From assembly GCA_000004985.1 (NCBI GenBank), contig GG739022.1: a stretch of DNA of 10,499 bases; one strand, written 5' to 3'. Shown here in pieces: positions 1 to 7,200 of the stretch (position 1 is its first letter; every line of letters begins with the position of its first letter). The position numbers and the translations under genes are program-made. Under the pieces are notes generated by a model. That model made no database searches, was not told the origin of the DNA, and worked only from the letters and a program-made list of their open reading frames with translations. Source of the stretch: Naegleria gruberi (taxonomy: Eukaryota).

Positions 1-194
1 TTATAAACTAGCTGGTTCATCAGTCTTAAGGTTCATGAATTTCATAAAAGACTAGAGAACCTAAGGTGGAAGTGATGAGTCGTCTCCACTTATTCCGAAG
101 TAAGTATTCTTGGGAAATAATCTTATCTACTTGCGTATGGCTGAACTCTATCCTTTAGCGTTCACTTTTGCAACCATCAAGAAAAAGGATACTT

Positions 195-219
195 GTTGTT
201 GTGTATATAGAACAACAAC
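195..219. repeat. Hairpin-forming inverted repeat gttgttgt / acaacaac (8-bp stem) around a 9-nt loop gtatataga that contains TATATA
   Basis: Positions 195-202 pair with 212-219. The loop carries a TATA-like hexamer at 204-209. It may simply be a TATA element sitting in trinucleotide-repeat-like context. The functional call is weak. Confidence 0.4.
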
Positions 220-528
220 CGTTTTGAAAGTGTTAATGTGTTAAGTTGACTTAATAATTATTATAAACAGTGTCCGAATGTTGAAGATGAAGGAACCGGA
301 TGTCTGGTCGGAAGAGAATTGGTGCTAGGTTTATCGTTCTGTTGAAAAAATTACTCCTTGAATCAAAGTATTAAGCTTAGTCTAAAAAATTTTCAAGGTA
401 ATAGATTAGTAGAAATTGGTTTTGTGGTTGTTCAGTGTTGAAAATAATCTATTACGTGCGTGTAGTAGAATAAAGCTCATAATTTCCGAATTTATTGGTG
501 TATTGTTGGATAAACTAGAAATAGCAAC

Positions 529-548
529 ATATCTGAGATCTCAGATAT
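529..548. repeat. Perfect 20-bp palindrome atatctgagatctcagatat centred on AGATCT
   Basis: I verified by hand that the reverse complement equals the sequence itself. The flanks c528 and t549 break the symmetry. It lies in an ORF-free region. The expected number of perfect 20-bp palindromes in about 3.5-4.5 kb is roughly 0.004. Confidence 0.9.
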
Positions 549-910
549 TTCTTATTCGATAGTACTTTGTTTCCACACAGTCACTCAATCAACGTTCCAT
601 CTATGCATTGTTACAGAGGATAGGAAGATGTTGGAGTAGTGATCACCATGTAACTGCATTCGTTAAAACCATCACAACATATTGGCTAATAGCAAATATG
701 CTTCGAGTGGATTCATAGAGTATCTCTAAGGAATTTTTAATTTGAATAGTTGGGAGTTTTCATATTCAATTCAATTACAAATTAAATACAGAGACATCAC
801 TGGAGGCAATTCATTCACATTATTCTGATCAACAAAAACTAAACTATAAAAAAACGAATTCTTTCTTAATATTGAATGAACATGTGCATGGGTGAAAATA
901 ATTTTGATGT

Positions 911-1123
911 TTATTCTTCCTTCTGCTCTGGCAATGAAGAGCATGCATGTAAATGTTTCGTCTTTTTAAAGTTTCGTCCAGAGAATGAATCCTCTTCATT
1001 CAGCTGTACTAATTCATCTTGTTTCTCGTCGTCTATTGTTTCTTCATGTGTTGGACTCAAAGAAGGTTCTTTCACTCTTCTCTTTCTCTTCAAAGTGGAA
1101 AGTTTCAATTCGTCCTGACATGT
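911..1123 (-). CDS. C-terminal fragment (about 70 codons visible) of a protein-coding gene that continues into gap 1. It is a charged low-complexity tail: ...TCQDELKLSTLKRKRRVKEPSLSPTHEETIDDEKQDELVQLNEEDSFSGRNFKKTKHLHACSSLPEQKEE*.
   Basis: This is the longest open frame on either strand in 911-1136, with a TAA stop at 911-913 (tta on the + strand). Codon usage is yeast-like (Arg = AGA x3, Leu mostly TTG/TTA). The overlapping + strand frames (985->, 1019->) use CGT for Arg three times, which is atypical here. A basic KRKRR cluster followed by an acidic stretch resembles the tails of nuclear or nucleolar proteins. The ORF-track 'M' at 1108 is really TTG (the track accepts alternative starts), so it is not a true start. 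Confidence 0.4.
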   Translation of the reverse strand, partial: TCQDELKLSTLKRKRRVKEPSLSPTHEETIDDEKQDELVQLNEEDSFSGRNFKKTKHLHACSSLPEQKEE

Positions 1124-1136
1124 NTCGAATACATGT

Positions 1137-2744
1137 NNNNNNNNNNNNNNNNNNNNNNNNNNNNNNNNNNNNNNNNNNNNNNNNNNNNNNNNNNNNNNNN
1201 NNNNNNNNNNNNNNNNNNNNNNNNNNNNNNNNNNNNNNNNNNNNNNNNNNNNNNNNNNNNNNNNNNNNNNNNNNNNNNNNNNNNNNNNNNNNNNNNNNNN
1301 NNNNNNNNNNNNNNNNNNNNNNNNNNNNNNNNNNNNNNNNNNNNNNNNNNNNNNNNNNNNNNNNNNNNNNNNNNNNNNNNNNNNNNNNNNNNNNNNNNNN
1401 NNNNNNNNNNNNNNNNNNNNNNNNNNNNNNNNNNNNNNNNNNNNNNNNNNNNNNNNNNNNNNNNNNNNNNNNNNNNNNNNNNNNNNNNNNNNNNNNNNNN
1501 NNNNNNNNNNNNNNNNNNNNNNNNNNNNNNNNNNNNNNNNNNNNNNNNNNNNNNNNNNNNNNNNNNNNNNNNNNNNNNNNNNNNNNNNNNNNNNNNNNNN
1601 NNNNNNNNNNNNNNNNNNNNNNNNNNNNNNNNNNNNNNNNNNNNNNNNNNNNNNNNNNNNNNNNNNNNNNNNNNNNNNNNNNNNNNNNNNNNNNNNNNNN
1701 NNNNNNNNNNNNNNNNNNNNNNNNNNNNNNNNNNNNNNNNNNNNNNNNNNNNNNNNNNNNNNNNNNNNNNNNNNNNNNNNNNNNNNNNNNNNNNNNNNNN
1801 NNNNNNNNNNNNNNNNNNNNNNNNNNNNNNNNNNNNNNNNNNNNNNNNNNNNNNNNNNNNNNNNNNNNNNNNNNNNNNNNNNNNNNNNNNNNNNNNNNNN
1901 NNNNNNNNNNNNNNNNNNNNNNNNNNNNNNNNNNNNNNNNNNNNNNNNNNNNNNNNNNNNNNNNNNNNNNNNNNNNNNNNNNNNNNNNNNNNNNNNNNNN
2001 NNNNNNNNNNNNNNNNNNNNNNNNNNNNNNNNNNNNNNNNNNNNNNNNNNNNNNNNNNNNNNNNNNNNNNNNNNNNNNNNNNNNNNNNNNNNNNNNNNNN
2101 NNNNNNNNNNNNNNNNNNNNNNNNNNNNNNNNNNNNNNNNNNNNNNNNNNNNNNNNNNNNNNNNNNNNNNNNNNNNNNNNNNNNNNNNNNNNNNNNNNNN
2201 NNNNNNNNNNNNNNNNNNNNNNNNNNNNNNNNNNNNNNNNNNNNNNNNNNNNNNNNNNNNNNNNNNNNNNNNNNNNNNNNNNNNNNNNNNNNNNNNNNNN
2301 NNNNNNNNNNNNNNNNNNNNNNNNNNNNNNNNNNNNNNNNNNNNNNNNNNNNNNNNNNNNNNNNNNNNNNNNNNNNNNNNNNNNNNNNNNNNNNNNNNNN
2401 NNNNNNNNNNNNNNNNNNNNNNNNNNNNNNNNNNNNNNNNNNNNNNNNNNNNNNNNNNNNNNNNNNNNNNNNNNNNNNNNNNNNNNNNNNNNNNNNNNNN
2501 NNNNNNNNNNNNNNNNNNNNNNNNNNNNNNNNNNNNNNNNNNNNNNNNNNNNNNNNNNNNNNNNNNNNNNNNNNNNNNNNNNNNNNNNNNNNNNNNNNNN
2601 NNNNNNNNNNNNNNNNNNNNNNNNNNNNNNNNNNNNNNNNNNNNNNNNNNNNNNNNNNNNNNNNNNNNNNNNNNNNNNNNNNNNNNNNNNNNNNNNNNNN
2701 NNNNNNNNNNNNNNNNNNNNNNNNNNNNNNNNNNNNNNNNNNNN
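1137..2744. other. Assembly gap / masked run of 1608 N (an isolated N also at 1124)
   Basis: Continuous n characters. The isolated n at 1124 followed by 12 real bases is typical of low-quality contig ends in a draft scaffold. Any ORF-track frame through this block (X residues) is meaningless. Confidence 0.95.
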
Positions 2745-2934
2745 TGTCATTCGAAACAAGGCTTGTTTCTTGATTATTAAAATGTAATTCCTTGATGTTA
2801 GAGTTGTTCATCATTGTGTTTTTTTTGATTGTTTTTCGAACATGATAGTTGGCGGTAGGCATGAACCATTTCACAAGCCTTGACGCCATGAGCTGACACA
2901 TTTCTTTGGTTTTTAAAGTTTCCTTAAATGGCAT
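2745..2934 (-). CDS. Possible N-terminal fragment of a minus-strand gene entering gap 1 (MPFKETLKTKEMCQLMASRLVKWFMPTANYHVRKTIKKNTMMNNSNIKELHFNNQETSLVSND...). It may be the same gene as the fragment at 911-1123.
   Basis: ATG at 2932-2934 (cat on +) is the first ATG after an in-frame stop at 2959-2961, and 63 codons are open to the gap edge. Weak points: -3 is T (poor context), and the Arg codons are AGG/CGA rather than AGA. The divergent orientation relative to the RRM gene across an 866-bp intergenic region is a plausible layout. Confidence 0.25.
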
Positions 2935-3158
2935 CCAAAATTGGTTTTGATTTGTGACTTATTAATTGTACAACTTTGACAGAATTGGCGCATCTCAGTA
3001 ATTTAAGGAAGGAACTCCAATGTATTAACTTGATGTTGTGGTTTCACATTTGCTACTCATTTGGAAATATGGAGTTTGGCCCTGAAATGTTCGATCTATC
3101 ACGTTTCAACATATTTTTAACATTATTCGATTCTCGTACAATAATCATTTTCAGATGA

Positions 3159-3184
3159 TACAGCACGTTTACTTCAAATTTGAC
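3159..3184 (+). repeat. Left terminal inverted repeat of the candidate MITE
   Basis: 26 bp, 25/26 reverse-complementary to 3532-3557. By my rough estimate a chance match of this length in about 3.5 kb has probability around 1e-7. Confidence 0.85.
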
Positions 3185-3531
3185 GCGTTTTTTGAAAGAA
3201 AATAAATTATTTAGAAAAAATTTTGTTGTTCTTCTGCTGTCAAATCCAAAATAAGCATTTCAATAGAACAACACCTAACCACTCGTTCTTACTCATTTCT
3301 ACATATTTTTGAGAATGCTGCCACCCCAAGGGGTATGTCAATGCGAGGATTCATAATTTGAAGTCAGATTTCAAAACTACCTTAATTCCATCGAGAAATT
3401 AGCATTTTGTTGAATAAAATATTATCGTTACAGATTCTTTTCAAATGGAGTTGAGTTTACTTGCCAAATCAAAATTGAAAGATGAAATACTTTAAATTTT
3501 AAAAAAAACAATTTTAATTTCCCCAAATCTT

Positions 3532-3557
3532 GTCAAACTTGAAGTAAACGTGCTGTA
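3532..3557 (-). repeat. Right terminal inverted repeat of the candidate MITE
   Basis: Reverse complement of 3159-3184 with one mismatch (g3539 against a3177). Confidence 0.85.
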
Positions 3558-3800
3558 CCATGCAATAAGATATTGTTCAATAAATTCATAAATTAAAAAT
3601 TCATCAATTATTAATTTCAAATCAAAACAAAATTCAACCGAAACAAACAATATTTTATTGAATCACCCAATCAAATAGATAACACAAGCAAAATAAATAA
3701 TTTTGACCGATTTGCCCACATCAAAAGCGAATATTTTTTATTCAATCAAAACGATAACCGCAGACTTTGTAATTTTGCTGAAAAAAAATTCTCAACAACA
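3558..3800 (+). promoter_or_regulatory. Promoter / 5' leader of the RRM gene. It is A/C-rich and T-poor on the coding strand, and the start context is caacaATG (A at -3).
   Basis: The composition (caaaacaaaattcaaccgaaacaaacaa...aaaaaaaattctcaacaaca) is typical of 5' leaders of highly expressed yeast genes. I did not find a clear TATAAA. The boundaries are approximate. Confidence 0.35.
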
Positions 3801-4088
3801 ATGTCTTCATTCAACAAACTCGCTAGAGTCTTCGTCTCCAATCTCACTTACACTGCTAAATGGCAAGCTGTTAAGACTCACTTCTCTCAATCTGGTAACG
3901 TTACCTTCGTCAAACTCATTGTTGACCAAGCTACTCAAAAGCCAAAGGGTATGGGTGTTGTTACTTTCGAAAAGCCAGAAGAAGCCGAACACGCCATCAA
4001 GACTTTGAACGGAAGCGACTTCGAAGGTAGACAAATCAAAGTTAGAGAATATGTAGAAAGAGCTCCAAGAACTGAAGAATCACAATAA
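3801..4088 (+). CDS. Small (95-aa) single-RRM RNA-binding protein with an hnRNP-M / Gbp2-Hrb1-type RRM. The gene is complete.
   Basis: Runs from ATG to TAA. RNP-2 is VFVSNL (residues 10-15) and RNP-1 is KGMGVVTF (residues 49-56). The KGxGVVxF...PEEAExAI..NG..FEGRQIKV pattern matches the non-aromatic RNP-1 variant seen in hnRNP M RRM3 and yeast Gbp2/Hrb1. Codon bias is very strong (AGA, GGT, GCT, GTT, TTC, AAG, CAA, and no CTG), implying high expression. The start context is good and the 3' flank is AT-rich. The overlapping ORF-track frames (3703..4008 with a TTG start, and 3807..4034 on the minus strand) are alternative frames of this gene. Confidence 0.85.
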   Translation: MSSFNKLARVFVSNLTYTAKWQAVKTHFSQSGNVTFVKLIVDQATQKPKGMGVVTFEKPEEAEHAIKTLNGSDFEGRQIKVREYVERAPRTEESQ

Positions 4089-4175
4089 TTAAATTTATAA
4101 AATATTAAACTAGGCTCTGTTCATCTTTTTGAATTTGAAAATAAATTAATAGACTTTTTTTGATGAATAATATCA
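4089..4175. terminator. Convergent 3'-end / polyadenylation region shared by the RRM gene (+) and the minus-strand gene that ends at 4176
   Basis: An 87-bp AT-rich spacer lies between two convergent stop codons. It contains yeast-type 3' processing motifs (tttataaaata efficiency-element-like sequence, AATAAA at about 4139-4144, and T-runs). Confidence 0.35.
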
Positions 4176-4269
4176 TTAATAATAATGAAGTAATTTATTT
4201 AGCTCCAAACTTCTTTCAATATCTGCCTTCTGATTGCCATTGTTGAACAACTTTCTTTGCTTCTTCTGA
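4176..4269 (-). CDS. Probable C-terminal 30 codons (...QKKQRKLFNNGNQKADIERSLELNKLLHYY*) of a minus-strand gene whose body lies in gap 2
   Basis: The frame is open from the gap edge to a TAA stop at 4176-4178. Codons are yeast-like (AGA, TTG, AAG). The convergent layout with the RRM gene is plausible. With only about 31 codons visible, this could still be chance. Confidence 0.3.
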
Positions 4270-7200
4270 NNNNNNNNNNNNNNNNNNNNNNNNNNNNNNN
4301 NNNNNNNNNNNNNNNNNNNNNNNNNNNNNNNNNNNNNNNNNNNNNNNNNNNNNNNNNNNNNNNNNNNNNNNNNNNNNNNNNNNNNNNNNNNNNNNNNNNN
4401 NNNNNNNNNNNNNNNNNNNNNNNNNNNNNNNNNNNNNNNNNNNNNNNNNNNNNNNNNNNNNNNNNNNNNNNNNNNNNNNNNNNNNNNNNNNNNNNNNNNN
4501 NNNNNNNNNNNNNNNNNNNNNNNNNNNNNNNNNNNNNNNNNNNNNNNNNNNNNNNNNNNNNNNNNNNNNNNNNNNNNNNNNNNNNNNNNNNNNNNNNNNN
4601 NNNNNNNNNNNNNNNNNNNNNNNNNNNNNNNNNNNNNNNNNNNNNNNNNNNNNNNNNNNNNNNNNNNNNNNNNNNNNNNNNNNNNNNNNNNNNNNNNNNN
4701 NNNNNNNNNNNNNNNNNNNNNNNNNNNNNNNNNNNNNNNNNNNNNNNNNNNNNNNNNNNNNNNNNNNNNNNNNNNNNNNNNNNNNNNNNNNNNNNNNNNN
4801 NNNNNNNNNNNNNNNNNNNNNNNNNNNNNNNNNNNNNNNNNNNNNNNNNNNNNNNNNNNNNNNNNNNNNNNNNNNNNNNNNNNNNNNNNNNNNNNNNNNN
4901 NNNNNNNNNNNNNNNNNNNNNNNNNNNNNNNNNNNNNNNNNNNNNNNNNNNNNNNNNNNNNNNNNNNNNNNNNNNNNNNNNNNNNNNNNNNNNNNNNNNN
5001 NNNNNNNNNNNNNNNNNNNNNNNNNNNNNNNNNNNNNNNNNNNNNNNNNNNNNNNNNNNNNNNNNNNNNNNNNNNNNNNNNNNNNNNNNNNNNNNNNNNN
5101 NNNNNNNNNNNNNNNNNNNNNNNNNNNNNNNNNNNNNNNNNNNNNNNNNNNNNNNNNNNNNNNNNNNNNNNNNNNNNNNNNNNNNNNNNNNNNNNNNNNN
5201 NNNNNNNNNNNNNNNNNNNNNNNNNNNNNNNNNNNNNNNNNNNNNNNNNNNNNNNNNNNNNNNNNNNNNNNNNNNNNNNNNNNNNNNNNNNNNNNNNNNN
5301 NNNNNNNNNNNNNNNNNNNNNNNNNNNNNNNNNNNNNNNNNNNNNNNNNNNNNNNNNNNNNNNNNNNNNNNNNNNNNNNNNNNNNNNNNNNNNNNNNNNN
5401 NNNNNNNNNNNNNNNNNNNNNNNNNNNNNNNNNNNNNNNNNNNNNNNNNNNNNNNNNNNNNNNNNNNNNNNNNNNNNNNNNNNNNNNNNNNNNNNNNNNN
5501 NNNNNNNNNNNNNNNNNNNNNNNNNNNNNNNNNNNNNNNNNNNNNNNNNNNNNNNNNNNNNNNNNNNNNNNNNNNNNNNNNNNNNNNNNNNNNNNNNNNN
5601 NNNNNNNNNNNNNNNNNNNNNNNNNNNNNNNNNNNNNNNNNNNNNNNNNNNNNNNNNNNNNNNNNNNNNNNNNNNNNNNNNNNNNNNNNNNNNNNNNNNN
5701 NNNNNNNNNNNNNNNNNNNNNNNNNNNNNNNNNNNNNNNNNNNNNNNNNNNNNNNNNNNNNNNNNNNNNNNNNNNNNNNNNNNNNNNNNNNNNNNNNNNN
5801 NNNNNNNNNNNNNNNNNNNNNNNNNNNNNNNNNNNNNNNNNNNNNNNNNNNNNNNNNNNNNNNNNNNNNNNNNNNNNNNNNNNNNNNNNNNNNNNNNNNN
5901 NNNNNNNNNNNNNNNNNNNNNNNNNNNNNNNNNNNNNNNNNNNNNNNNNNNNNNNNNNNNNNNNNNNNNNNNNNNNNNNNNNNNNNNNNNNNNNNNNNNN
6001 NNNNNNNNNNNNNNNNNNNNNNNNNNNNNNNNNNNNNNNNNNNNNNNNNNNNNNNNNNNNNNNNNNNNNNNNNNNNNNNNNNNNNNNNNNNNNNNNNNNN
6101 NNNNNNNNNNNNNNNNNNNNNNNNNNNNNNNNNNNNNNNNNNNNNNNNNNNNNNNNNNNNNNNNNNNNNNNNNNNNNNNNNNNNNNNNNNNNNNNNNNNN
6201 NNNNNNNNNNNNNNNNNNNNNNNNNNNNNNNNNNNNNNNNNNNNNNNNNNNNNNNNNNNNNNNNNNNNNNNNNNNNNNNNNNNNNNNNNNNNNNNNNNNN
6301 NNNNNNNNNNNNNNNNNNNNNNNNNNNNNNNNNNNNNNNNNNNNNNNNNNNNNNNNNNNNNNNNNNNNNNNNNNNNNNNNNNNNNNNNNNNNNNNNNNNN
6401 NNNNNNNNNNNNNNNNNNNNNNNNNNNNNNNNNNNNNNNNNNNNNNNNNNNNNNNNNNNNNNNNNNNNNNNNNNNNNNNNNNNNNNNNNNNNNNNNNNNN
6501 NNNNNNNNNNNNNNNNNNNNNNNNNNNNNNNNNNNNNNNNNNNNNNNNNNNNNNNNNNNNNNNNNNNNNNNNNNNNNNNNNNNNNNNNNNNNNNNNNNNN
6601 NNNNNNNNNNNNNNNNNNNNNNNNNNNNNNNNNNNNNNNNNNNNNNNNNNNNNNNNNNNNNNNNNNNNNNNNNNNNNNNNNNNNNNNNNNNNNNNNNNNN
6701 NNNNNNNNNNNNNNNNNNNNNNNNNNNNNNNNNNNNNNNNNNNNNNNNNNNNNNNNNNNNNNNNNNNNNNNNNNNNNNNNNNNNNNNNNNNNNNNNNNNN
6801 NNNNNNNNNNNNNNNNNNNNNNNNNNNNNNNNNNNNNNNNNNNNNNNNNNNNNNNNNNNNNNNNNNNNNNNNNNNNNNNNNNNNNNNNNNNNNNNNNNNN
6901 NNNNNNNNNNNNNNNNNNNNNNNNNNNNNNNNNNNNNNNNNNNNNNNNNNNNNNNNNNNNNNNNNNNNNNNNNNNNNNNNNNNNNNNNNNNNNNNNNNNN
7001 NNNNNNNNNNNNNNNNNNNNNNNNNNNNNNNNNNNNNNNNNNNNNNNNNNNNNNNNNNNNNNNNNNNNNNNNNNNNNNNNNNNNNNNNNNNNNNNNNNNN
7101 NNNNNNNNNNNNNNNNNNNNNNNNNNNNNNNNNNNNNNNNNNNNNNNNNNNNNNNNNNNNNNNNNNNNNNNNNNNNNNNNNNNNNNNNNNNNNNNNNNNN

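Larger units (their letters stand above)
3159..3557. mobile_element. Candidate non-autonomous DNA transposon (MITE, Tc1/mariner-like). It is a 395-bp element (3161-3555) with 26-bp terminal inverted repeats, flanked by TA on both sides (3159-3160 and 3556-3557).
   Basis: The left arm tacagcacgtttacttcaaatttgac (3159-3184) and right arm gtcaaacttgaagtaaacgtgctgta (3532-3557) are reverse complements at 25/26 positions. I verified this by hand: the reverse complement of the right arm is tacagcacgtttacttcaaGtttgac. The element ends CAGCACG...CGTGCTG sit inside TA dinucleotides. The interior (3185-3531) is AT-rich with no ORF. The element lies mid-way in a divergent intergenic region. Confidence 0.5.

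Noticed and set aside
61-158. Box C/D snoRNA-like arrangement: perfect C box GTGATGA (72-78), D box CTGA (141-144) 62 nt downstream, and a possible 6-bp terminal stem ctaagg (61-66) / ctttag (153-158) that includes one G-U pair
   Set aside because: The stem is 5 and 8 nt away from the boxes rather than adjacent. No C'/D' boxes are present. I cannot test rRNA complementarity of the putative guide (ccatacgcaagtagataag antisense). A 7-mer plus a 4-mer can co-occur by chance. This is worth a snoscan or Rfam check but I do not claim it as a feature.
603-659. Interrupted inverted repeat atgcattgttaca / tgtaac(--)tgcat together with the 8-bp palindrome GTGATCAC (638-645)
   Set aside because: These are short and imperfect (a 6 + 5 bp match with an indel) and within chance expectation. 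I noted them only as possible minor regulatory symmetry.
876-1136. + strand ORFs 876..1118 (80 aa) and 985-> entering gap 1
   Set aside because: They are antisense to the better minus-strand frame that ends at 911. Their codon usage is less yeast-like (Arg = CGT x3, Leu = CTT/CTA) and the peptide is hydrophobic low-complexity (LLFLHVL...), which is typical of an antisense reading of a charged tail.
2757-2882. 10-bp inverted repeat caaggcttgt (2757-2766) / acaagccttg (2873-2882)
   Set aside because: By my rough estimate, 10-bp inverted pairs are expected several times by chance in 3.5 kb. It lies inside the putative coding N-terminus.
2976-3158. 60-aa + strand ORF in the divergent intergenic region (TTG 'start')
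   Set aside because: It has no ATG, sits at the minimum length, has no codon bias, and ends exactly where the MITE TIR begins. It is most likely chance.
3183-3188. ACGCGT (MluI / MCB cell-cycle box hexamer) just inside the left end of the MITE candidate
   Set aside because: It is a single hexamer occurrence, whereas MCB-regulated promoters usually have clustered copies. It also sits inside a probable transposon.
3333-3338. GTATGT (yeast 5' splice-site consensus)
   Set aside because: There is no TACTAAC branch point or suitable downstream ORF. It lies inside the MITE interior, so it is not an intron.
3703-4034. ORFs 3703..4008 (+, 101 aa, TTG start) and 3807..4034 (-, 75 aa) overlapping the RRM gene
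   Set aside because: These are alternative frames or the antisense of a clearly coding, codon-biased RRM ORF. They have no ATG or good start context and a Ser/Leu-rich composition typical of off-frame translation.
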